This document shows, piece after piece, positions 38,601 to 50,100 of a stretch of DNA of 64,000 nt. A program made the translations under genes and the position numbers. A model generated the notes under the pieces. That model had not been told where the DNA came from, ran no database searches, and saw nothing but the letters and a program-made list of their open reading frames with translations. How positions within the stretch are numbered: the stretch's first letter is position 1; every line of letters starts with the position of its first letter. The DNA comes from Bispira polyomma (taxonomy: Eukaryota), in the NCBI GenBank assembly GCA_965649765.1, contig OZ287754.1:37200001-37264000 (forward strand), in the 5' to 3' direction.

Positions 38601-39647
38601 ATGCCAGGTAAAAAGATTGTGTTTTGTCCGAAATGTTTGCAAAAACATGAGAGACCTGTTGGAAGAAACTGTTCGGTTAATATGCCTGATATCTCAGGTG
38701 AGGGAGTGGAGGTTGACTCTGGCTCCCATGAGGACTTGCTGGTTCATCCGAACGAGGCTGTATCTAGCGCTATACTACAGCAGTTGCAATCGCTTAGCCA
38801 GGTAGTCGAGAGGATGGATCGGCGAGTCCAGCAGACAGAGGCAGCGTTAGCAGCCAACCTCACCAGTAGTAAGGCAAGTACCGTTCCTTCTAGCATCACT
38901 CCTAGTGTTTCTAAAGAGCTAGTCTCTGCTGACGAAGGTAAAAGCCCACCTACTGGCCCAGATACTGTCGTTCTGAGTGTCGAATTTTTGAGTCAGAACG
39001 CTCAGATTCAGTTGCAAGTCGAACAGAGGTTAAAGGACCTTTGGTCCCTTAATGAAAATCCCTCAGGTAAAATTAAGTCTCAGAAAACTGGGGGGAACGA
39101 GGTTATTGTAAAAAAGGCCATCGAATGGCCCCAGAATTATGTGCTGACCGGCAGTTCGAAGACTCGCCCTAGTTACGACGACTTAACCCTTGTTCAATGG
39201 GTTTGTGGCTTCACCCAGATCGCTCATGAGGAGAAGTCGACTGAAATTAAGAATGCTATGCTAGATTACATGAGTGGCCTCATGGAGGACGTCCAAGACT
39301 TTTCGTGGGAGGTGGCGAAGGCCTGCCACGCGGTAGTCCTAACCAATATGGAAATGGACAAGCTCGGGTGGTTGGATGTTGAGAAGGTCAACCGGATTCG
39401 TAGGGCACACGCCCAACATCATGTAGGTGTGTCAAGATCTATTCATGGGGCGAATGGCCATGCTGTTAGCACTGGCAGTAGTAAAACTAGTCAGAAAAAG
39501 TTGACACCTTGCAGGTTCTTCCAAGAAGGAACTTGCAAGTTCTCTAGCTCACATAATACAGGGGGGCAAATGTATAGGCATAGTTGTGAAACTTGTGGGG
39601 GTAGTCATAAGACCAGTATGTGTAGCAAAAAAGAGGCAAAAAACTGA
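38601..39647 (+). CDS. Gag-like protein of E3 (348 aa, intact)
   Basis: CPKCLQKHERPVGRNC, coiled coil, KIKSQ..IEWPQNYV..YDDLT..W..GF, RIRRAHAQ, CRFFQ..C..H..HSCETC..H..C. Confidence 0.88.
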   Translation: MPGKKIVFCPKCLQKHERPVGRNCSVNMPDISGEGVEVDSGSHEDLLVHPNEAVSSAILQQLQSLSQVVERMDRRVQQTEAALAANLTSSKASTVPSSITPSVSKELVSADEGKSPPTGPDTVVLSVEFLSQNAQIQLQVEQRLKDLWSLNENPSGKIKSQKTGGNEVIVKKAIEWPQNYVLTGSSKTRPSYDDLTLVQWVCGFTQIAHEEKSTEIKNAMLDYMSGLMEDVQDFSWEVAKACHAVVLTNMEMDKLGWLDVEKVNRIRRAHAQHHVGVSRSIHGANGHAVSTGSSKTSQKKLTPCRFFQEGTCKFSSSHNTGGQMYRHSCETCGGSHKTSMCSKKEAKN

Positions 39648-42131
39648 GGGGCCACTGCTTGGATGCAGTGGATAAAAAGGTAAAAAATTTTAAGGTTGTA
39701 AATAGAACTGTCTATGGCACAGGCTTCAAAGATTTTCATTTGTTTGAAAAAATGTGTATCAGAAAATGTGTAAATATATGAAGGTCAAAAGGCCTAATGT
39801 TAATTATAGTGATGCTTTAAAAAGTACTGCTAGTACCAGAAAATCAATGTTTGTATGTTTGGGGTTGACAGGTTTAGCTCTGGAAAGGTGACACAAAAGG
39901 GCAGGTTTTGCCAACCACAAAAGGTTGGCAGAGCTGAACTCAAGAATAATGTTGACACCTCTGCTGCCATATCTATTCAAAGGTTTGAAAAGTTAACACC
40001 TGTAATTGGCACCTCCATTCAAGTGGCTAAGAAGGTGACACCTATTGTGAAGCAACCCCCATGCACAAAGCAACAGGGCATGGAGACAAAGGTGTTAGAA
40101 AATCGATTCAGAGGGGGGGGGGCGAAAAGAGCCACGTCAATGAAGCTAACTGTGGCCTTCAGCTTAACAACCGGTTTTCCGCATTGGCACAGATACCTGT
40201 GGAGGACAATGCAGTCATTGTGAGGGTCGTTCGCTCTAGTAACACGCCTGGTAACAATGGGGGCTTTGCAAAGCACCAAGAGACAAGTACTTGCGCAGAA
40301 CGTGTCAATGAAAATGTTGAAACCTCTGATAAGTATTCGTGTGCTTTAAAGCACAAGAAAAATAAAAGCTGCAGAAGGCGGCCTCGAATCAAACACACAA
40401 AAAATGGCAGGACCAGAGTAGTCATGCTTATGGATTTATTCCTCTCTCGGCTTTGGGCAGTGAGATTGCCGACCATGGTGGGGGAGGGCACAAACTATCC
40501 ATATTACAAATGCATAAGAAACTACGTCTTGATGGCAGGCATAATTATACTGGCCTCCAGATTCCTGTCCATTCTCAATTAAAAGCTGAAACATGGGGAA
40601 AGTATTTACAAACCTACTGGGATTGGCAAGTGCCTCTCCTTATAAAATACAGATTCCCTCTTGATGTGTGTCGAAAAATTTGTACCAAGTCGAATGAAAC
40701 TAACCATAAGTTAGCAGAGGAATTTCCTCAACATGTAGACGCCTATATGAAGGAAAAATGTGGCTTTGGGGCAATGCTTGGTCCTTTTGACACTCCACCA
40801 ATTCAGAATTTGCATTGTTCCCCTTTAATGACCAGACATAAACCCAACTCGATTAACAGACGTGTGATTGTGGATTTGAGTTGGCCTCAGGGGGCTTCAG
40901 TAAATGCAGGTGCTTCTCCGACTTCGTATTTGGGTGTCGATTTTTTACTGTCTTACCCTTCCATTGATCATCTTACTACTGAAGTGTCTAAATTGGGTAA
41001 GGGTTGTCAGATATTTAAAATAGACATGAGTAGGGCGTTTTGCCATGTCCCCATCGACCCTGGTGTCATTGACCTCTTAGGGTTGAAGTGGAAATCTTAC
41101 TATGTCGATAAATCGCCGCCGTTCGGTTATTTGAATGGCAGTACTATTTTTCAACGAATTTCGGATGCAGTGCGTTTCATAATGCACTCAGAAAATCATA
41201 ACGCCACAATTATATCGACGATTTTTTTATGCGTATCACTTCCCAGCAAAATTCAGAAAACGTTCATAAGACTGCAAGAATTGCTTGCTGAACTGGGTCT
41301 TACAGTTAGCCAGAAAAAATTGGTTCCACCCAGCACTGAGGTAGTCTGCTTAGGCATAATAATTGACACAGTCAAATGCACAACTTCTATCGCATCTGAA
41401 AAAATGACAGAAATTCAGAGCAAGTGCAGGGATTGGGCTTCAAAAAACTATTGTACCAAGAGAGAACTACAGTCTTTACTGGGCCTTTTGCTATATATCT
41501 CTAAATGTATTAAATATGCTCGGGTTTTTTTGAATAGAATGTTGGAACTGCTACGAGATAATCACAGTAAAAACAAAATTGTAATAAGTGATGCATTCAG
41601 ACGTGATTTAATTTGGTTTAGAACTTTTGCAGAGCAGTTCAATGGTGTTTCCTTTTTCTTACATAAACCCATATCAGGCGAGATACAATTGGATGCCTGC
41701 CTCACAGGCATTGGGGGATTTATGGAAATCAAGTATACCAAATTAAAGTTCCTACATGTATGATAGAGTATAATATAGCTTCTCTTAAAATGTTGAACAT
41801 TTTGGTAGCAATGAAGTTATGGGTCCAAAAATGGAAGGGTCAGAGAATTTTAGTAAGATGTGACAATAAGGCAGTAGTCAGTGTCTTACAGACAGGCCGT
41901 ACTAGAGACCCCATATTGGCCACTTATACCAGAAACATATACATGTTAGCCAGTAAGTTTGACATTGAAATTGTTGTAGTCCATATTCTAGGTAGAGAAA
42001 ATCAAGTGGCTGACTTACTTTCCAGATGGGCCGAGACAGAAAGTAACCACCTATTATAAAATCAACTGGCTGGACCAATTCAATGGCTTCCTGCCCCTGA
42101 AAATTTACTTCATGTGAACACTCTTATATAG
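39638..42131 (+). pseudogene. pol (linker + RT + RNase H) of E3, frameshifted
   Basis: RRVIVDLSWP, KIDMSRAF, LQSLLG, LDAC..GIGG, CDN, NQVADLLSRW; the YIDD region is frameshifted near 41215. Confidence 0.9.
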
Positions 42132-42155
42132 CAGGTTTTAGTTTTTCTTTTCCAG

Positions 42156-43141
42156 GCACTCACCCTGTGGGTCTGGCTCTGATGAGACGGGCTTGTGATA
42201 GGCTGAACTCAGCTCTTACTCCTGCCACTAATAAAGCATATGACAGAATGTTCCGACAGTTCCTAGCTTTTGGAGCCTTTATGTCATGGCCTTCCCACAA
42301 GGTGACTATGTTGCAAAATTTAGCATATTTAGAGTTTCTAAATTTCAATGGTGTTTCGGCCTCTCAGGTAGTAAATCACATCTTGGCTGTGAAGGCAAAA
42401 TGTGTTATGTTTCATATAGATGTTCAAGTATTTTCTGATCAGAGAATTTCTTATTTCACTAAAGCCTTGGCTATGCATAGACCTTTACAAGCGAAATTGA
42501 AGTCAAGTTTTGATGTGCACTTGCTTAGGGCTCTCATTAGTAAATGTGATAGTACTTACATAGGCCAAATTTTGAAGGCTGTTTATTTGACAAGCTTTTT
42601 AACATTTTTGCGTTTGTCCAATCTGTGTCCTCATTCAATGGGGTCATACTCTCCTCTTAAGCAATTAGCTAGAGCTGATGTTTTGTTTAAGCCAGGGTAT
42701 GCAGTCATCATGGGTAAATGGTCTAAGACGCTGCAGAGAAATGATACAGTTCGGTTGCTAACCATCCCAAGTATACAAAATTCAATTCTTTGTCCTGTTC
42801 AGGCCTTGAAAGCTGTGTTAACCACCTCACCTAAAGGAAAAAGTCTCCCATTATTTCAGTTTAAACTCCATGGCTCGTGGGTTCCACTAACAGACACACG
42901 GGTGCGAAGGCACCTCAAAAATGTACTATCCTTACTTGGTACTCAATACTCTGGCTTGACCTTTCATGCCTTGCGACGTTCAGGTGCCACATTTGCGTTT
43001 AACAATAATGTCAAGATTCAGGATATTCAAAAACATGGCACCTGGACGTCGGATTGCGTGTGGCGTTACATCTCAGACTCTGCTGATGCTGGTACTCAAG
43101 TTGCAGATTCCTTTAAAGATGTCCTACAAAACACCTACTAG
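42156..43141 (+). CDS. tyrosine recombinase of E3 (intact; predicted second exon)
   Basis: FLRLSN, HALRRSG, HGTWTSDCVWRY; strong acceptor tttttcttttccag at 42155. Confidence 0.9.
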
Positions 43142-44852
43142 TTTGGGGCTTGGTGGTCTAACTTAAATATTTAGGTTTAAGATCTGTCAAAATAACACAA
43201 AATATTATACCCTTTTTTGGGCATAAGGTCCCCCCCCTTCATTATATTAGTACATATTGTACTCAAGTATCTAAAGTTCGACTTAAAACCCTAAGTCAAA
43301 CTTTAGACTAGCATAAATTTAAAGTTTAATCGCTTAAGTTTGCACTTAAATTAAAATTTCTACCAAACTTAAACTCTTAACCTTAAACTCAAATCCTCTA
43401 AGTTTGGACTCAAAGTCAACTTTGGCAAACTTATACTCTTAAACTCATTGTACGTAAGGTCACCTAAACGTAAGCTTTGTATAAGCTCAAGGCCTTAAAC
43501 TCACTTGAGTTAAGGGGCCCTTATGCCCACAACAGTATTACGTATTCTACAAAGAAACTGTATATAAAAAATATGCTAGTAGTAGAAATCATATATATAT
43601 AATAAAGTATTTAACCGCAATCTTTTCTTACTATGAGTTGTTGGTTAAATATCTATCATTTGCCCACACACCGAGGAACTGATATTGAACACACCCTAAC
43701 ACCAGAATACCCTTAAAGGTCTGATTAAATGGCCATTGCTGCAATTTGTACAACACTCCATTTTGTTCTAGAAGGCTGATCCTAGTGTTTAAAGGACACA
43801 GACATAGTGAGACCCTGGCTGGAAAGTTTACACCTGCGGACTCATTGATTACATACACACACGGAAGGAATCAACTGACAAATGACTAAATGTCCCCACT
43901 CCATCAAGGTTTACTCTACTTAATATGTTAAGCCAAATGAACAATGTCACCTAAGAAAAGCAACTACATAAGGAACAGGGTAATTAAGCAACTAAAGACA
44001 ATTCCAGAGAATACATTCTATCAAATATAAAGGCTGGTCAACCTGCAATATCAGTAGATGATTTTGTTTTTTTTAATTAAAGATAGACAATCCCAAAATA
44101 AAAATAAGGTTTAAGACCATACTGATCCTAGCTAAGAACTTGGCATTACTTAGAACCTAAAACAGTGTAGTGTTAATTAGAGTAATAAACTATACATACA
44201 GACGGTATTAGTTCTTAGAGACAGGGAATCTCTTGTAATAAACTCTATATATTATCAACAACGACTGAGACACAATGGTCCCAAACTCAGCTGCAGATAT
44301 AGCTCCACTGCTTACAGCCCACGAAAAACTGTGATAAATTCTTTAAGAAACAAGAGTCATCTTTCTTTACCACAGCAAGGAGGTAGTATTGAATTACTAC
44401 TGTAAATAAAACAGCAACAAGATATGGAAATAAATATTTATCCTTAGCTGTTATCAATAAAATGTATTGTTACAAACATGTACAGCAAATGTCAATTTAG
44501 TGGCTACATAGGGCAAGTACCTTTGTGTCAGGGAATGCAGTCTTTAATCTCTAAATGTGAGATCCTGCAAATAAGGTGTCATATTTAGGATATAAATATA
44601 GCTTTTGTATTTTCTGGTGAAGGCCACAGGAACCAAGTCCATGTAATATACATTTACAGGTCAATGAAACATGAATTGATTCAACAAAATTAGAGGTTAA
44701 TTTTATTTGTTGCTTAATGAGGGGAATAAAATGTTGTCTTTAGTTTAAAAAGGAAATGTAAACATTTTCTTTCACATTCAAGATATGAATGTTTAAATTT
44801 AATATTATCTACTGACAAATTTGTTGTTAAGTTGATATTTATAAATTACATT

Positions 44853-45590
44853 TAGGCATTTCACGAAATGACTGACATTTGCAGTCAATAATTACACACC
44901 TTGCCTGACTGGTAATATATGTTTCAAGGCAACTTGTGTAACAGTGTTTGGTATCATATTTCATGACAATAATTACAACTGTATTTACAATTGAAGTATA
45001 AATCGGTAAATTTTGAAGAAGAGAAGTAAAATTAAACTGTTGAGACTTTCTTTCTTTTTTGTCGTCCTGTAATTTAATACTAGTGAATGAATTAATTTAA
45101 TAAAAACATGACATATCTGATATATATAATCTTTTAAGAAGTGGCTTCCCTTTAAGTTCATTCCTGAGTAATTATTTTCTTTATTATCAAATATATTTGT
45201 ATATTTGTTTAGTGGGAAGTGTATTACATTGATAATTGCATTCAGCTTCCCTGGTATGAGGGTTTATAAAAGGTACAAGACTGGTGGTCCTTTATTTTCT
45301 ACTTTTTATGCAAATCTATCTGCTGTATTACAAGTTTAGAGTTGTTAAGTTTTCAATCGAAAATTAGAAATGGATACATTTTTCATTTAGTTCTATTGTT
45401 CATCTTTTAATCATTGTTTGTGTGAAAATAAACTGTTTTTAATCCAAACGTATTATTTATGCAATAATTACCACCAATGTAGGCTATTCGCGAAATGCCT
45501 AGGCCTAAAAATCAGTCATTTCGTAAAGTGCTGGAAATTTAAGTCATCTTGCAAATTGCCTAAGGGAATCAGGCATTTTGCAAAATGATT
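44853..45590. repeat. probable MITE bounded by CATTTC(G/A)CGAAATG-type palindromic repeats
   Basis: taggcatttcacgaaatgactga at 44853; inverted or related copies at 45487-45590. Confidence 0.35.
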
Positions 45591-48500
45591 ACACAGTTTG
45601 CCTGTAAAATATATCGAACGCGAAAATATATAGATTTAAACTGCTGTTATTATGATGTAAATTGTTTGGAATATATGTTTTATAAAACAGGTCAACACAA
45701 GTTTCTTTATTTTGAAGTGTATTGTATTTCAACCATTGTTCCAAAGGTTAATTAATACATTATTCCTTATAATAATTCCAAGGAAATGAACTCAACAAAC
45801 CCAAAATTGTGAATAGATTATTGTGCTTTATTTGCTTCACAGATAGCGACTAATTCATAATATGATGCTTCACTCCAGCTTGAATCTATAACTACTTCTA
45901 TTGTTCAAAGTGTGTCCTGTTCTATTGCTGTTTTTCAATTTAGTGCATTTATATTATTTAATTTCCTTTCAGTTTATTATTGCCATGTTTTAGACATATA
46001 TGTTTACATTGGCACATCATATTTGGTAACTGTAATTTGACTAAAAATGAATAAATCAAGTTATATTTACATCAAATTCTATCGCCTTGCCTTTATTTAT
46101 GTTTATAATGGGCATATTTAGAAATTCTGGAGGACTTTAAACACTGCATAAAATACAATTTATTACTACCACCTTACGTTTCAGCAATTTAACTCAAATC
46201 AGAACTTTCTTTAAATTATTAAATCAGAAGTTTGTTTAAATTAATTGACTTTCACTAATTAATTTTAAAGAAACTCCTGATTCTCCTGCAAATCTGCTAC
46301 ACATAATCAGTGTCACCTGTTGTACGCCACGAAATACTAGATTAAGCCTGCCAATCAGACAGGGTTGTGGATGTGGTCTTAATTAGTGTAATGACAGCAG
46401 TATTTGATACCAAGTCACATCAGTGTGCACACAAGTTACCAAAAAGATCAGGGACTTAGATGATGGTCTCAGAAAGCAATTATCTGCAGTGTCTTTTAAA
46501 GGGAGGAATCATATACATCTATACAACTTATATAGGTAATAACAAAGACAGTGATATAAATGGTAATATGTGTCTTTTTTTGTGAACAAACTAGTTTTTG
46601 ACGCCCTGTCTAAACCATTTGTGCTGTCATATAACGGATAAGATATGTAAATCGTTTTTATAGACTCATCATAAATTCACAACGTATATAGTCTGTGATA
46701 TAGGATTCCATCTGGGACCCCTTTTATATTGTAAGGATGAATGTAATACTGGAAAGATAATTCTGCTGTCAAGTACACAATGCTCCTTGATACACAGTGC
46801 TAGTGACTGATGGAGAAGATATGTTTTCTTGCAGCTTAAAACACCTATTTCTTCTTAGAAAGTTCACCACTAATGAGCTAATATAATGTCTGTATTTATT
46901 TCTCTAATTAAGTCCATAAACCTAAGACATGAACGTGCATTCCTAATTATGTGGAGGCGTTGTGTGGTATGTTGTAACAAATCATATGTCGTGTCAGTAA
47001 GGTGTTATGGTGTGTTATGTACATACATGTGTAATGATACTTTATTTATCAAGTTGTCACTAATTTAAAGAATTTACAAAAAAGAAGATGTTTACTAGAA
47101 TTCCACTATCACTTTGTCAAAACATAGTTAAAATGCAATTCCTAGTGCAAATCTTTCACCTACATCATTTGTTGTACAAATGTACACAATCATTAGAAGC
47201 ATTATTTGTTTGTTTATTTATTTATTTTATTTAAAAGGTCCATATTTCACAGTAAGTAAACAATCTAGTATCTCCACCCACCTTTTGTGTCACTGTTACA
47301 GGAACAAAAACCAGTTGATATTCTTGCAGGATTAGTACTATACTCTCTGTTTTGGTGGATGTGATTATCTTCCTGGTAAAAAGATTAGCTTCTCTTAATT
47401 CGTTCTGATAGTCCTATGATGCATTAAGTGGTATATGATGGTTCCTCGTCTTTTTTGTGTCTATATTTCGAAATATAATTTAGAATTAATATAGCTCTTC
47501 TAGATTGGTAAGTAATTTGCCTACAGTTTACTTCAGTTCCTTTTTTTCTCTTTCAAACTGAGAGTTGTTGTAACTTTAGAAACTCTGACACTGTAACTGG
47601 CCATTAAAACCAATGCCCTCTTTTAAATACACCAGCCGAGTCTCCCCGATTCCCACCCTAATCCAAGTTGTGTAACTCAACGGCTATTTCCGTAGTTTAA
47701 CGAGGATTGACGAACGAGTCATTAGGTTCAACGATTGGCTGGCTCTAGTAGGCACCGAGGGGATACGGGGATTTACCCGCCGGATGACGTGATTAGACAG
47801 GGGGGGGGGGGGGGTGTCTGTGAAGTGGGGGGAGTCCCACGGACAGAACCTATTTGTTCCTGCATCTCGAGGATTATTGAACTTTTCTATTTACTTAATT
47901 AAGAGTGACAGTACCACACAATGACTTTATACCAAGAAGAAACACCAAAAACTCCGGCACGTGTGATTTTGGTCATCCGGCAATTTGCCCCACCCCCTCT
48001 AAGCTTCATTCCTTTTAATCAAAAACAGGTCCACATATTTTTTTATATTTATCAATGGTGCTTTAGTTCCTTCTGATAATATATTCGTGTTTTCTAACAG
48101 ATTATAAATCCCGGAAGTACCTGAACAAAGGAAATTATTGTCATTTTAGGTAACCTTGAGAGAGAAACACAATGACGTATGATTTAGTGTGACGTATTTT
48201 CACTAAATAACACATGTCTCCCCTGATTACTACAAAAATACCAAATAGTCTAGGTTGAATGTATATTAGTGTCCAGATATCCCTTGTGTTTGACCAATTA
48301 GGCCAATCATTCCATACTCCATCCATCTCAACAGTTTAATAAGAGTCCAAAAATCACCAGTAACTAGCCTGTAATTCCACACACGCACCCCCGTTTTACG
48401 GGTGTTTATTCATTTAAGGCACAGTATCAAGGGGCAGGGAACTTTGGAATTTGTTAAGGTAATCAAACAGCCTTAATTAACACCTGGTCAGTGGTGATAG

Positions 48501-49189
48501 GCAGCTGTTTTTGTGACCTATTAGCTGAGTAGTTTTTTCGATATACAGATATATTGTTCTGTAAAATGGTGGTGTATCAATTTGCCGAACCTAAATATAA
48601 CCTGGAAATGTATGTGAATGGCAATATTTGCACTTTTACATAAGTTAGTGGTACTAAAAAGTGACCTGGGAATGTTCAGTGTCCGAGTGTAAGTTAGAGG
48701 TACTACTTCTTATCCATAAGTTAGAGGTAGTAACCCTTATCCATAATTAAAGATACTGCAACAGAGAAGGCATAGGGTCCAATCTGTTTACTGGTTTTGG
48801 TATCAGAGACTGAAACAATGTTTCCCCTGGTAAAATAAGGACAACAGTGAAGCAAGATATGACAATGTTGTCTCTTTTTGGAAATGTCCACTTGTTTCAA
48901 ATATGCACTCATACATTTTTATTTCTGTATTAGAAACGGAAAGTTAGATACCCATGTTAAACAATTGGTATTCCTGGACCTTATTTGTAGCATAAACGTC
49001 TGTCCAGATTTGCACATCCATGCATGCAATAACATATTTTTTTAAATTGTGACTTTATCTTAAGATTATGGAGCTCTACTAAAGTAAGCTGGTTACACAA
49101 TTCATGCTCATCTACTGATGTCTAACATTGTTTTCCATTTTAGTAGAGTTGGACATCTGAATGTAGACATGAACCACATTTTATCAATT

Positions 49190-50100
49190 AAACAAGACAT
49201 CTTTGTTGACGACACTCAAATCTATCCTCCCCTTATCCCTCAAAATGCCTACAAAAAACTTGGTCCACTTGCCGACTATCTCTCCTCACCATCCAGGCTT
49301 AGATGAGTATAAATTTAAATAATATCCGGACTAAACTTATTTTATTCTTATTGGCCGCAAGAAACACAGTGAGTACTTAATATCATTATTCACTATATCA
49401 CTACTGGACAATGATATACAACCCTCTGATTAGATCAAGGACCTTGGTGTTACTATTGACTCCGCTTTCTCATTTGATACGCACATCAGCAACATTTGTC
49501 ACTCCTGTTAATATCACATTTATAATATCTAAAGAATCAGAAATCACTTCTCACTTGATATTGCCATCATCGTCCATTGTAAGTATAAACACCTCAACTA
49601 CTGCAATTCTTTGTACTGATGTCTCTCCACACCTCAAAAATGATATTGGCTTCCTTCTAACTATAAAATTTTGTTTAAAATCCATGCCTATTAGCCGTAG
49701 TCCTCTCCCTGGGTGCTGACACATCCTTATGACCTGTCTATGTGTTTCATTTTTCTATTGGCTGATTGATTCTGATGTTGGGCCTTACAAGATGCCTAGC
49801 ATCAATAAGGCGCATTAAAAATGTACAATACAATACAATGTAACCACTTTCAAGGCTGTTATCTCTCAATAGCCCTTCTACCTTGACGCTCACCTTTCCT
49901 TCAGCAACCCAAAGAGGGTAAATGGACTTTCTGTTTGCTCTGTAAATCCACAAAGAGGGCTGGATCTAGAGCTTTCTCTGTAGCTACCCCTATGTTATGC
50001 AATAGTCTCCCAGTTGGGCTTAGATCACTGAAAACGCTTTCTGGGTCTAGGAAAAACCTATATCTTCAAACTCGCATCTCTCCCAAGGTCTCCTCCTATA
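49190..50100 (+). mobile_element. L2/CR1 LINE fragments
   Basis: FVDDTQIY; 3' end gatgcctagcatc with (CAATA)n tail at ~49790-49840; second fragment RAFSVATPMLCNSLP at ~49960. Confidence 0.7.

Larger units (their letters stand above)
38362..43681 (+). mobile_element. Ngaro-like YR retrotransposon E3
   Basis: Intact gag and YR with frameshifted pol. Starts GGGTTTTG (+/-1), ends CCGAGGAACTG; ends inferred by analogy with E1/E2 and homology to E4. Confidence 0.93.
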
